Below are positions 26,587 to 35,594 of a stretch of DNA of 64,000 nt, piece by piece. The stretch comes from Nannocystis sp. (GTDB lineage: Bacteria > Myxococcota_A > Polyangia > Nannocystales > Nannocystaceae). Within the stretch, counting starts at the first letter, position 1. Every line of letters starts with the position of its first letter. Made by a program: the position numbers and the translations under genes. The notes beneath the pieces were generated by a model. The model made no database searches, was not told the DNA's origin, and saw only the letters and a program-made list of their open reading frames with translations. The stretch lies in the NCBI RefSeq assembly GCF_016717175.1, contig NZ_JADKFZ010000003.1; one strand, 5' to 3'.

Positions 26587-27515
26587 TGCGCCTCCCGCTG
26601 CGTCATCCGCCGCCCGTGGCGGACACGCCGCTGCGACGTTGCGCTCACCTCGAGGCGCTGGCCGAGTCGGCCCTCGGCCTCGGCCTCGGGCCCGCGGCCG
26701 CCCTGGTCGCGCCGATCCACGCCCGCGGCCGCTTCGGCAACGCCCTGCAGTGGCACTTCGGGCTCGAGCCGCACGACAGCTCCGAGCAGCTCGACTGGGA
26801 GGACCGCATCGAGCTCAAGCTGGTGTCCGTGTGGCGCCGCCGCGACGGCGGCCTCGCCTGCGACAAGCTCAAGGTCTGCGACATCACGGCCGACCCGTGG
26901 CGCAAGCTGGGCAACGTGCTGTGGGTGTTCGCCGATCGCATGACCCGCGCGATCGTCGGTCACCGATTCACCCGGCTCGCCGGGGCGGCCCGCAGCTCGC
27001 TCGCCGCGGCCTGGGACCACGACCCTCACTTCGACCGCCCCGCGATCTTCGTCGAGGCTCGTGAGCAGGACGAGCGCCAGGCCCCCGCGTACTACCTCAG
27101 CGCCACCTGGCTCGCCGAGCACGTGCTGCCCGCGAGCCTGCCCGGTGTCTACCGATTCGACGCGAAGTGGTGGTCCGAGGCCCGCGGTCACGGCCGCTGG
27201 CGCCGCGATCCCTTGCTGGCGCTGTGGCGGGGCGAGCCGTCACCCGTGGCCTGCCCGCGCTGCGGCGGCCCGCTGCGCTGCGAGCTCGATCGGCTGCGGG
27301 CCGAGGGCTGGTCGCCAGCCGTGCACGCGATGCCGCTGGGCCCCGACTGTGGCCTGCAGGCGCACGCGGTGCTCGCCATGGCCGGCCTGCCGCTGGCCCC
27401 TGGCGCCCTCGGCTTCGACGATCTGGTCGCCGCGATCGAGAGCCGCGTGGCGGCGAGTCAGGTCGCCCGCCTCAGCGACCGCGTGCTCGAGCCCGAGGAC
27501 CACGAGCACGACTGA
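26586..27515 (+). CDS. MutH/Sau3AI-family endonuclease-domain protein with C-terminal CxxC...C region
   Basis: ORF 26586..27515. GRFGNALQWHFGL...D...ELKLVSV follows the MutH/Sau3AI D-(X)n-E-x-K core pattern. CPRCGGPLRC zinc-ribbon-like element downstream. Confidence 0.45.
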   Translation: MRLPLRHPPPVADTPLRRCAHLEALAESALGLGLGPAAALVAPIHARGRFGNALQWHFGLEPHDSSEQLDWEDRIELKLVSVWRRRDGGLACDKLKVCDITADPWRKLGNVLWVFADRMTRAIVGHRFTRLAGAARSSLAAAWDHDPHFDRPAIFVEAREQDERQAPAYYLSATWLAEHVLPASLPGVYRFDAKWWSEARGHGRWRRDPLLALWRGEPSPVACPRCGGPLRCELDRLRAEGWSPAVHAMPLGPDCGLQAHAVLAMAGLPLAPGALGFDDLVAAIESRVAASQVARLSDRVLEPEDHEHD

Positions 27516-27539
27516 CGGACGGCCCGCGATCGCGCTACC

Positions 27540-29411
27540 GTGCCGGCCTCACGGAGGAGCATGACGCAGGCAAACCCTGGCTTGGCGGAGTTCACGGCGC
27601 GCGCGGTGATCACGGGCATCGTCCTCGGGCTGGTGTTCGGGGCGGCCAACGCCTACCTCGGCCTCAAGGTCGGCATGACCGTCTCGGCCTCCATCCCCGC
27701 CGCGGTGATGACCGTCGCCGTGCTGCGCCGTCGCGGCGTGACGATCCTCGAGGCCAACATGGCCCAGACGATCGGCTCGGCCTCGACCTCGCTGGCGACC
27801 GGCACGATCTTCACGATCCCCGCGCTGTTCCTGTGGGGCCTCGCGCCGCCGTACTGGCAGGTGGTCGTGCTGGCGCTGCTCGGCGGCCTGCTCGGGCTCG
27901 CGGCGATGATCCCCCTGCGCCGCCTGCTCATCGTCCAGGCCCACCACGAGCTGCCGTACCCCGAGGGCACCGCCTGCGCCGAGGTGCTGCGCGCGACCAC
28001 CTCGGGCGCCTCCGGCAGCGCGTGGATCTTCCGCGGCATCGCCGTCGGCGCGCTGGTCAAGCTCGCCGGCTCGCTGCTGTTCCTGATGCCCACCGAGCTG
28101 CACGCCGGCCTGCCGATCCTGCCGCGCGCCGAGCTGGCGATCGAGGTCGCGCCCGCGCTGCTGGCCGTCGGCTTCATCCTCGGCTACCGCCAGGCCGCGG
28201 TGGTGGTCGCCGGCGCCGTGATCTCGTCGCTGGCCCTGATCCCCCTGATCGCCTGGATCGGCGCCGGTCTGCCCGGACCGCTCTACCCCGAGCCGGTCCT
28301 GCGCATCGCCGACATGGACACCGGCCAGATCTGGGCCCGCTACATCCGCTACATCGGCGCCGGGGCGGTCGCCACCGCCGGCGTGCTCACCGTCGCCCGC
28401 AACCTGCCGACCATGCTCGGCGCCTTCATGGCTGTCCTTCGGGGCATGCGCAAAGGGACAGGTCCAGCCAGCGACGACCGCACCGACCGCGACCTCCCCG
28501 GCAGCTTCATCGCCGCCGCGATCGCCACCGTGGTCCTGGTCGTCGCCCTGGTCCCCGGCGTGCTCGCGGGTGAGATGGGCCTGGCCGCGCGCTCGGTCTG
28601 CGCGGCTGGCGTGGCGGTGTTCGGCCTGCTCTTCGTCACCGTCGCCGCGCGCATCGTCGGCATCGTCGGCGTGTCCTCGCAGCCGACCTCGGGCATCACC
28701 CTCGTCACCCTGCTCGGCACCGCCTCGCTGTTCGCCGCCTTCGGCTGGGTCGAGCCCGGCGCCCGCGCGGCGGTGCTGACCGTCGGTACGATCGTCGCGG
28801 TCGCGGCCTCGAAGGCCGGCGACATCTCGCAGGACCTCAAGACCGGCTTCCTGGTCGGCGCCACCCCGGCGCGCCAGCAGCTCGGCCAGCTCATCGGGGC
28901 CGCGTGCGCCTGCTGGGCCGTCGCCGCGACCGTGATGCTGCTGTCGAGCTACGGCTTCGGCAGCAAGGAGCTGCCCGCCCCGCAGGCGACCCTGATGAAG
29001 ACGATCATCGAGGGCGTGCTCAGCGGCGAGCTGCCCTGGGGCCTGGTGCTCACCGGCGCCGGGGTCTCGGGCGCGGCGATGCTGTGCGGCGTCTCGGGCC
29101 TGGCCTTCGCGATCGGCGTGTACCTGCCGCTGGCCTCGATGGCCCCGATCTTCGTCGGCGGCTGCGTGCGCGCCATGGCCTCGCGGGGCGCCGCGCCGGA
29201 GCGCGAGGGCGAGGCGCGGGCCGGCATCCTCGCCGCCTCGGGCGTGGTCGCGGGCGAGGGCCTCGCGGGCGTGCTGGTCGCCGGACTCGTCGCCGCGGGC
29301 GTGCTCGCCAAGTCGAGCCCGCCGCTGCTCTCGGGCGTGTACGGCTCGCTCGTCGCCGGCCTCGCCGTGGTCGGCGTGTGCGGCTTCCTCGGCCGCGCCG
29401 CGCGGGCCTAG
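27540..29411 (+). CDS. OPT-family oligopeptide transporter (polytopic membrane protein)
   Basis: ORF 27540..29411. N-terminal FTARAVITGIVLGLVFGAANAYLGLKVGMTVSASIPAAV is typical of bacterial OPT transporters. About 14-16 hydrophobic segments. Confidence 0.75.
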   Translation: MPASRRSMTQANPGLAEFTARAVITGIVLGLVFGAANAYLGLKVGMTVSASIPAAVMTVAVLRRRGVTILEANMAQTIGSASTSLATGTIFTIPALFLWGLAPPYWQVVVLALLGGLLGLAAMIPLRRLLIVQAHHELPYPEGTACAEVLRATTSGASGSAWIFRGIAVGALVKLAGSLLFLMPTELHAGLPILPRAELAIEVAPALLAVGFILGYRQAAVVVAGAVISSLALIPLIAWIGAGLPGPLYPEPVLRIADMDTGQIWARYIRYIGAGAVATAGVLTVARNLPTMLGAFMAVLRGMRKGTGPASDDRTDRDLPGSFIAAAIATVVLVVALVPGVLAGEMGLAARSVCAAGVAVFGLLFVTVAARIVGIVGVSSQPTSGITLVTLLGTASLFAAFGWVEPGARAAVLTVGTIVAVAASKAGDISQDLKTGFLVGATPARQQLGQLIGAACACWAVAATVMLLSSYGFGSKELPAPQATLMKTIIEGVLSGELPWGLVLTGAGVSGAAMLCGVSGLAFAIGVYLPLASMAPIFVGGCVRAMASRGAAPEREGEARAGILAASGVVAGEGLAGVLVAGLVAAGVLAKSSPPLLSGVYGSLVAGLAVVGVCGFLGRAARA

Positions 29412-29451
29412 GAGCGGCGCGTCGACCTCCGCCGCGGGCTGCTGGCGACGA

Positions 29452-30078
29452 TCAGTCCTCCTCGCTGACGTAGCTGGCGAGGGCAGGGTAGGGGTGCAGC
29501 GGCGCCCCGATCAGCCACAGCGGATCGACCGCGAAGGCCCCGAGCTTGACCGTGAGGTGCAGGTGCGGCGCCTCGCTGCGCCCGGTGTTCCCGACCAGCC
29601 CGAGCGCCACCCCGCGATCCACCGGCAGCCCGACGTGCACGAGGATGTCGCTCATGTGGCCATAGAAGCTGGTCACCCCGAGCCCGTGATCGACGATCAC
29701 AAGGTTGCCGAGCAGCGGGTCGCTGCCCGCGAAGCTCACCACACCCGGGCCGATGCTGAGGATGAGGTCGCCGGTCTCGCCGCGCAGGTCGAGCCCGCGG
29801 TGCAGCTTGGTCCCCGCGCCCGTGATCGGATTGATGCGCCAGCCGAAGTACGAGGTGATGTGCACGCTCTCCACCGGCCAGCCGAAGCGCAGGCCCGGCC
29901 GCGCGAACTCGATGTCGCCCGCGTGGAACGCATCGGCCAGCGGCGCCGGCGTCTGCTCGCGCGGGCTCGCCGGCGTCTCCTCCGGGGACACCCCAAGGCC
30001 CGCGTCGCCCGCGTCGCTCGCGACCTCGGCCTCACCGCAGGCGGCCAGCAGCAGCAGCGCGAGGGAGCAGCGGAGCAT
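29452..30078 (-). CDS. M23-family (LytM-type) metallopeptidase lipoprotein
   Basis: ORF 29452..30078(-). Lipobox LLAA|C. HRGLD...GNTGRSEAPHLH active-site motifs. Confidence 0.8.
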   Translation of the reverse strand: MLRCSLALLLLAACGEAEVASDAGDAGLGVSPEETPASPREQTPAPLADAFHAGDIEFARPGLRFGWPVESVHITSYFGWRINPITGAGTKLHRGLDLRGETGDLILSIGPGVVSFAGSDPLLGNLVIVDHGLGVTSFYGHMSDILVHVGLPVDRGVALGLVGNTGRSEAPHLHLTVKLGAFAVDPLWLIGAPLHPYPALASYVSEED

Positions 30079-30122
30079 CGCGGCGCGACCCTACCCGATC
30101 TCCCGCCCGCGTACACCCGGCC

Positions 30123-31154
30123 TCACGCCGGTGCTTCGAGCACCGCGAAGTCGACCAGCCGCGCCACCAGATCCGGGGTGAGGATCACCCCCTCGCGGGC
30201 CAGCTCCGCGAGCACCTGCTCGGTCGCCCGACCGTCGAAGCGCGGCAGCAGGGCGAGCAGCTCGTTCGGCAGCTCGAGCGCGTCGCTGTCGCTGTAGGTC
30301 ACGACCCGAGTGCTCACCGGCCCGCGCTGCGCCAGCTTCACCGTCCCCGGCACCAGCACCGTCGGCGGACGTCGCAGCGCGACCAGCCGCGACGCCGGCC
30401 CGGCCGAGCCCTCCGATCGCAGCGCCGCGTGGGCGGCCTGCAACTGCTCCACCAGCGCGGCCAGCTCGGGCCCGCCGATCACCTGTACTTCGGGCCAGCT
30501 CAGCTCGTCGACCAGGGCCGCCGCGCGCAGGTAGTAGTCGCGGCGCAGCGGCACCCAGGCCGACCACTCCGACAGCGAGTCATCGATCTCCGCGGCCCCC
30601 GGCGGCGCCTCGCGGTACAGCAGCTGACACGCGCACCAGTGGCACAGCTCGCGCTCGGCGAGGGTCAGCAGCGCCTCCGCGGCCTGCCAGAAGCGCTGCC
30701 CGGCCGCGCCGCGATCGTGCTTGCAGAACCAGGTCGCGCACACGCCGTTGCGCTGGCGCCAGATCCCGCACAGGCCGCCCTGCTCCGCCAGGTAATGCGG
30801 GCAGCGCAGGTCGGGGTCGCGGCCGAAAGTCTCGGCGGCGACCAGCGCCTGGTAGCGCGCGCGGTCGGCCTCGCTCACGTCGAGCCCGTGCGGCGTGCAG
30901 GTCGCCAGGTCCTCGATCCGCGACTCGAGGCTCGCGCGCCCCGGCCCCGGCGGCAGCTCGCGCAGCGCCGCACCGACCAGGAAGTTCGGCAGCGCCGGCA
31001 CGTAGGTGCAGCACTTCGCGTCGGCGCGGAAGCGGTAGCCCTCCGCCACCGCCTCGCCCTGCATCGCGCAGCTCGAGCAGGTCGCCGCCTGTTCTTCGGG
31101 CAATGTCCCTCCGAGCAGGTCGGTCAGCCATTTCGCGTAGCGCGGCGGCAGCAT
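30123..31154 (-). CDS. Hypothetical Cys-rich protein (starts MLPPRYAKWLTDLLGG)
   Basis: Internal ATG of ORF 30123..31505(-). The upstream ORF extension is Arg/Ser-rich junk. Multiple Cys pairs (CSSCAM, CCTY, CHWCAC). No family recognised. Confidence 0.5.
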   Translation of the reverse strand: MLPPRYAKWLTDLLGGTLPEEQAATCSSCAMQGEAVAEGYRFRADAKCCTYVPALPNFLVGAALRELPPGPGRASLESRIEDLATCTPHGLDVSEADRARYQALVAAETFGRDPDLRCPHYLAEQGGLCGIWRQRNGVCATWFCKHDRGAAGQRFWQAAEALLTLAERELCHWCACQLLYREAPPGAAEIDDSLSEWSAWVPLRRDYYLRAAALVDELSWPEVQVIGGPELAALVEQLQAAHAALRSEGSAGPASRLVALRRPPTVLVPGTVKLAQRGPVSTRVVTYSDSDALELPNELLALLPRFDGRATEQVLAELAREGVILTPDLVARLVDFAVLEAPA

Positions 31155-31404
31155 CGTGCGTGCGCGCCGACGTGATCTTGTCGCGGCGCGAGGGCCCATC
31201 GTACCATCGCCGCGGGGGTGACGGGTGGACGGGCGGGGTGGGGCGCGGGTCTTCGACGCGGGGGTTGTGCGGCGCGTGCCAGGCGGCATCGCCTCGCAGA
31301 CCCTCGCACAGCTGCAGTCGCTGCGTCCGGCACATTCGCCACATTCGCCACACCGGGGCGACATCGTCGCGTCCAGCGCTCCGGCAGCGGCTATCGTCGC
31401 GCGC

Positions 31405-31863
31405 ATGTCCCCCGAGGCCCCCGCACCCGCCGAGCCGAGCCCCGTGTTCGAGCAGCGCCGCACCGTCGTCGCCGCCGACATCGACGCCCTCGGCCACGTC
31501 AACAACCTCCGCTACCTCGAGTGGGTCCTCGCCGCCGCGATCGATCACTCGGAGGCCGTCGGATGGAGCCTCGCCCGCTACCAGGAGCTCGGCGCCGCGT
31601 GGGTCGTGCGCTCGCACGCGATCGAGTACCTGCGCCCCGCCTTCGTCGACGACGATCTGCTCGTCCGCACCTGGGTCAGCGAGATGACCAAGGTCAGCTC
31701 GCGCCGCAAGACGACCGTGTCGCGGGCCGACGGCACCACGCTAGCCCGCTGCGAGACCCTCTGGGTGTTCGTCAGCCGCCGCGCCCACGCCCTCGACCGC
31801 GTCCCGCCCGAGCTCGCCGCCGCCTTCCCGCTGATCCCCGACGCCCCGCCGCGCGTCCGGTGA
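31405..31863 (+). CDS. Hotdog-fold thioesterase (YbgC/4HBT-like)
   Basis: Internal ATG of ORF 31225..31863. DIDALGHVNNLRYLEW motif of 4HBT thioesterases. Confidence 0.65.
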   Translation: MSPEAPAPAEPSPVFEQRRTVVAADIDALGHVNNLRYLEWVLAAAIDHSEAVGWSLARYQELGAAWVVRSHAIEYLRPAFVDDDLLVRTWVSEMTKVSSRRKTTVSRADGTTLARCETLWVFVSRRAHALDRVPPELAAAFPLIPDAPPRVR

Positions 31864-31926
31864 TGCTGGCCCGCCCCGCGTCGGGTGATGCGGGTCCCGG
31901 GCGCTCCGCCGCGCGTCCGGTGATAT
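31842..31926. repeat. ~30-bp imperfect tandem repeat x3 (ccgccgcgcgtccggtgat...) spanning the thioesterase stop codon up to the gpsA start region
   Basis: Copies at ~31842, ~31871 (degenerate) and ~31901, each carrying gtccggtgat or gtcgggtgat with an in-frame tga. Confidence 0.7.
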
Positions 31927-31935
31927 AAGGCTCGC

Positions 31936-32958
31936 ATGTCCACCACGCCCGTCGTCACCGTGCTAGGCGCTGGCAGCTGGGGCACCGCGCTGGCCCTGCA
32001 CGCCGCGCGTCGCGGCCTCCGCACCCGCCTGTGGACCCGCAGCGTCGAGCACTTCGAGCTGATGCGACGCGAGCGGAGGAACGCCCGCTACCTCCCCGAC
32101 TTCCCGTTCCCCGACAACCTCGAGGCGAGCGCCGACCAGGCCGCCGCGCTCGCCGACGCCGCGCTCGTGATCCTGGCGATCCCCAGCCACGCCCTGCGCA
32201 CCTCGTTGCTCGCCGTGCGCGAGGTCCAGGCCGAGCTCGCCGACCCGCCGCTCTACCTGGTCGCGGCCAAGGGCGTCGAGGTCGACACGCTCGCGACGAT
32301 GGCCGAGGTCGTCGCCCAGACCCTGCCCCCCGCGCACGCCCGACGCATGGCCGTGCTCGGCGGTCCGAGCTTCGCCGCCGAGGTCGCCCGCGGCCTGCCC
32401 ACCGCCGTGGTCATCGCCAGCCACGAGCGCGCCGTCGCCGAGCAGATCCAGCACATGCTCGGCGGCGACGGCGTGCGGGCCTACGTCACGGAGGACGTCG
32501 TCGGTGTCGAGCTCGGGGGCGCCTTCAAGAACGTCATCGCCCTCGGCGCGGGCGTGTGCGACGGCGCCGGCCTCGGCCAGAACGCCCGCGCCGCGCTCAT
32601 CACCCGCGGCCTCGCCGAGATCGGCCGCCTGTGCCACGCCCTCGGCGCCCACCCGGCCACGCTCTCCGGCCTCGCCGGCCTCGGCGACCTCGTGCTCACC
32701 TGCACCGGCGGCCTCTCACGCAACCGCCGGGTCGGCCTGGCCCTCGGCCAGGGCCAGCAGCTCGACGCGATCCTCAAGGAGATGGGCATGGTCGCCGAGG
32801 GCGTCAACAACACCCTCAGCGCCCACCGCCTGGCCCGGCGCGAGCGCGTCGAGATGCCGATCACCGCGATGATGCACGCGATCCTCTACGAGGGCATCAG
32901 CGTCCGCACCGCGGTCGACGCGCTCATGCAGCGAGATCTCAAAGCGGAGCGCGACTGA
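31936..32958 (+). CDS. gpsA: NAD(P)H-dependent glycerol-3-phosphate dehydrogenase
   Basis: ORF 31936..32958. VLGAGSWGTALA Rossmann motif, GLAEI, EG...T motifs of GpsA. Confidence 0.9.
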   Translation: MSTTPVVTVLGAGSWGTALALHAARRGLRTRLWTRSVEHFELMRRERRNARYLPDFPFPDNLEASADQAAALADAALVILAIPSHALRTSLLAVREVQAELADPPLYLVAAKGVEVDTLATMAEVVAQTLPPAHARRMAVLGGPSFAAEVARGLPTAVVIASHERAVAEQIQHMLGGDGVRAYVTEDVVGVELGGAFKNVIALGAGVCDGAGLGQNARAALITRGLAEIGRLCHALGAHPATLSGLAGLGDLVLTCTGGLSRNRRVGLALGQGQQLDAILKEMGMVAEGVNNTLSAHRLARRERVEMPITAMMHAILYEGISVRTAVDALMQRDLKAERD

Positions 32959-33232
32959 CAGGACTGAGTGGGACTGCCGGTGGAGCGAGCCACAGCAGCG
33001 ACGGGAGCGCGACAGGGCGCCGCGCGGAAAGCCGAAACCGCGGACGTTTCGCGGCCCGGCCCGGCGCCCGCGGCCACCGCCCAGGTCCGAGTCCGTGCAC
33101 AAACACCGGTAGTCCTCCGGGTCAATGCCCACGCCATCGCAGCGAAGTCACCGCCTCACCACCCGCGGGCCGCGTCTCGCCCTCTGCCCGGGGCTTGGCG
33201 CTGGATCCCGGATCCGTTAGGCTGGTGCGACC

Positions 33233-34813
33233 TTGAGCAACATTGAGCCCACGCCATTCGGCGACAAATATGTGCTGGTCGAGCACATCGCGACTGGCGG
33301 TATGGCGGAGATCTATCGCGCCCAGTACTCGGGCATCGAGGGCTTCGCCAAGGAACTCGTGGTCAAGCGCCTGCGCGAGGAGTTCGCCGCCCGCCCCAGC
33401 GTCGTCCAGATGTTCCTCGACGAGGCCCGCGTCGCCGCGACGCTGACCCACCAGAACGTGGTCCACACCTACGACCTCGGCGAGCTGCAGGGCGAGTACT
33501 TCATCGCCATGGAGCTCCTCAAGGGCGAGGAGCTGGTCGCCGTGCTGCGCCGCGCCGTCAAGACCGGCCACATGTTGCCGATGCAGATCGCGATCGGCAT
33601 CGTCATGCAGTCGCTCGAGGGCCTGCACTACGTCCACACCCGCGCCGACGATCGCGGCCGCCTGCTCGGCCTGTGCCACCGCGACATCAACCCCACGAAC
33701 ATCCACGTCGGATACGACGGCACCTGCAAGATCGTCGACTTCGGCATCGCCGCCACACGCGCCAGCCTGCAGACGGCCGGCGAGGGCCAATTCGCCGGCA
33801 AACTGGCCTACATGGCCCCGGAGCAGGTCCTCGGCCACGAGCTCGACCTCCGCGCCGACATCTTCGCCCTCGGCATCGTCCTCTACGAGATGTGCCTCGC
33901 CCGCCGCCTGTTCCGCGGCCTGCCCGAGGAGGTCGCCGAGCGCATCGTCGAGGGCGACATCCCGGCGCCCACCTTCGTCAAGGCCGAGTTCCCGCCCGCG
34001 CTCGAGGCGATCATCATGAAGTCGCTCGAGGTCGACCCGGCCGAGCGCTACCAAAATTGCGACCACATGTTCCGTGACCTGGAGAAGTACACGGAGCAGG
34101 CCGGCATCCGCTGCACGCCGCGCATGATCAGCGCCTACATGAGCGAGATGTTCGGCGAGGGCGCGCCCGCCGAGGTCAACTACGACGACCAGTACGACGA
34201 CCTCGTCGACGAGGCCCTCGACTTCGACAAGTTCGACTCGCTCGAGGCCGCCAAGAACGACGACGCCCCCGAGTGGGCCCGCTCCTTCGAGTCGGCGCCA
34301 GACACCTCCGGCGTCCGCAACAAGAAGTCGATGACGATCGGCAACCTCGAGGCCCTGCTCGGGCCCGAGTTCCAGCAGCTGCGCGAGCAGCAGGCTGCGG
34401 CCGCGGCCGCCCCGACCGCCGCCGAGTCCGACGCCGCTGGCTCCGGGCGTCGCGGCAAGAAGGCTGGCCCGCGTGAGCGGGTCGCCATGCCCCGCATCGA
34501 GGCCGAGGCCCCGCCGCGCAAGGGCCCGGCGACCCGGCCGCCCGTGCCAGGTCCGGTCGCCCCGGTCCAGAAGCAGGGCCCCGCGCAGCTCGGCCGCGTG
34601 CCGACCGCGGGCCGCCCGGTCATCCGCCCCGGCCAGTCCATGACCACCGGCGCGCTGTCCTCGCTCGACACGGGCGCGACCGCCGGCAGCTTCGGTCACG
34701 GCGTGATGGCCGAGCAGAACAAGAAGGGCGGTGCAGCCCTCACCTGGCTGCTCGTCATCTTCGGCCTCGGCGGCCTGGGATACATCGCCTACACCGTCTT
34801 CACCATGAAGTAG
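33233..34813 (+). CDS. Hanks-type Ser/Thr protein kinase with C-terminal TM anchor
   Basis: ORF 33233..34813 (TTG start). GGMAEIYRA, VVKRL, HRDINPTN, DFG, APE motifs. Terminal LTWLLVIFGLGGLGYIAY hydrophobic helix. Confidence 0.85.
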   Translation: MSNIEPTPFGDKYVLVEHIATGGMAEIYRAQYSGIEGFAKELVVKRLREEFAARPSVVQMFLDEARVAATLTHQNVVHTYDLGELQGEYFIAMELLKGEELVAVLRRAVKTGHMLPMQIAIGIVMQSLEGLHYVHTRADDRGRLLGLCHRDINPTNIHVGYDGTCKIVDFGIAATRASLQTAGEGQFAGKLAYMAPEQVLGHELDLRADIFALGIVLYEMCLARRLFRGLPEEVAERIVEGDIPAPTFVKAEFPPALEAIIMKSLEVDPAERYQNCDHMFRDLEKYTEQAGIRCTPRMISAYMSEMFGEGAPAEVNYDDQYDDLVDEALDFDKFDSLEAAKNDDAPEWARSFESAPDTSGVRNKKSMTIGNLEALLGPEFQQLREQQAAAAAAPTAAESDAAGSGRRGKKAGPRERVAMPRIEAEAPPRKGPATRPPVPGPVAPVQKQGPAQLGRVPTAGRPVIRPGQSMTTGALSSLDTGATAGSFGHGVMAEQNKKGGAALTWLLVIFGLGGLGYIAYTVFTMK

Positions 34814-34858
34814 TTGGGTTGCAGTCAGCAGTGCGTGCGTGAACGCGAGGCTCGTCGG

Positions 34859-35572
34859 ATGAACAGCGCTGAGGTCCAAGGAAACCACACCTGGGGGAAG
34901 TTCTCCGCCTTCCGCGTGCTCGGCGATCACGAGCCCATGCCCGGCTTTCGCCTCGTCATGCAGTTCGCCCCGCGGCCCGAGGGGTTGACTCGATTGCTCG
35001 AGCAGCGCGCCCGCCACAGCGACACCCTCGACTCCGAGCTCGCCCGCCTCACGGTGCGCGCCGGCATCGGCCTGCTGCAGTCGCACAACGTCTCCTTCGC
35101 CTACGCCAACGCCGAGGAGGTCGTCGCCCTCATCCGCCCCGACGCCGTCGCCCGCATGGGCTCGTCGCTCGCCGTCTACGAGCAGCTGCTGTCGATGTAC
35201 TCGGCGCGCCTCGCCGTCCTGCTCGGCGAGGAGCTCCACGTCCACGGCCACATCTTCGAGTTCCCCGACCTCGGCATCGCCCGCCGCGCCTTCGTCGCCG
35301 CCCAGGAGTGGGCCGAGGAGGGCACGCCCCTGCGCTCCGCCAGGCGCCTCGGCTCGCAGCTGCGCGGCCAGGGCCAGGGCTTCCACGCCGGCAGCATCGA
35401 CACGGTCGAGGGTCAGATGACCACCCTGCGCGGCGCCGGCGTCGACCTCGACGCCCTCCCGCACTGGTGGTGGCGCGGCATCGCGGCCCGCTTCCGCAGC
35501 GACGGCGGCGTCGAGCTCTACGACGACGTCCCGCACGGGGCCGAGCTCGCCGCGCTCGTCTCGGACGTCTAG
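34859..35572 (+). CDS. Hypothetical protein
   Basis: Internal ATG of ORF 34814..35572. Protein-like composition. No family recognised. Confidence 0.4.
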   Translation: MNSAEVQGNHTWGKFSAFRVLGDHEPMPGFRLVMQFAPRPEGLTRLLEQRARHSDTLDSELARLTVRAGIGLLQSHNVSFAYANAEEVVALIRPDAVARMGSSLAVYEQLLSMYSARLAVLLGEELHVHGHIFEFPDLGIARRAFVAAQEWAEEGTPLRSARRLGSQLRGQGQGFHAGSIDTVEGQMTTLRGAGVDLDALPHWWWRGIAARFRSDGGVELYDDVPHGAELAALVSDV

Positions 35573-35594
35573 CCCACGCGCGCAAGGTCCCCGC

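Noticed and set aside
32959-33232. 274-bp gap before the Ser/Thr kinase, checked for tRNA/sRNA
   Set aside because: Only short imperfect hairpins. No cloverleaf-compatible stems or conserved tRNA boxes seen.
33122-35536. 804-aa minus-strand ORF antisense to the Ser/Thr kinase
   Set aside because: Composition artefact; it overlaps a kinase with all Hanks motifs.
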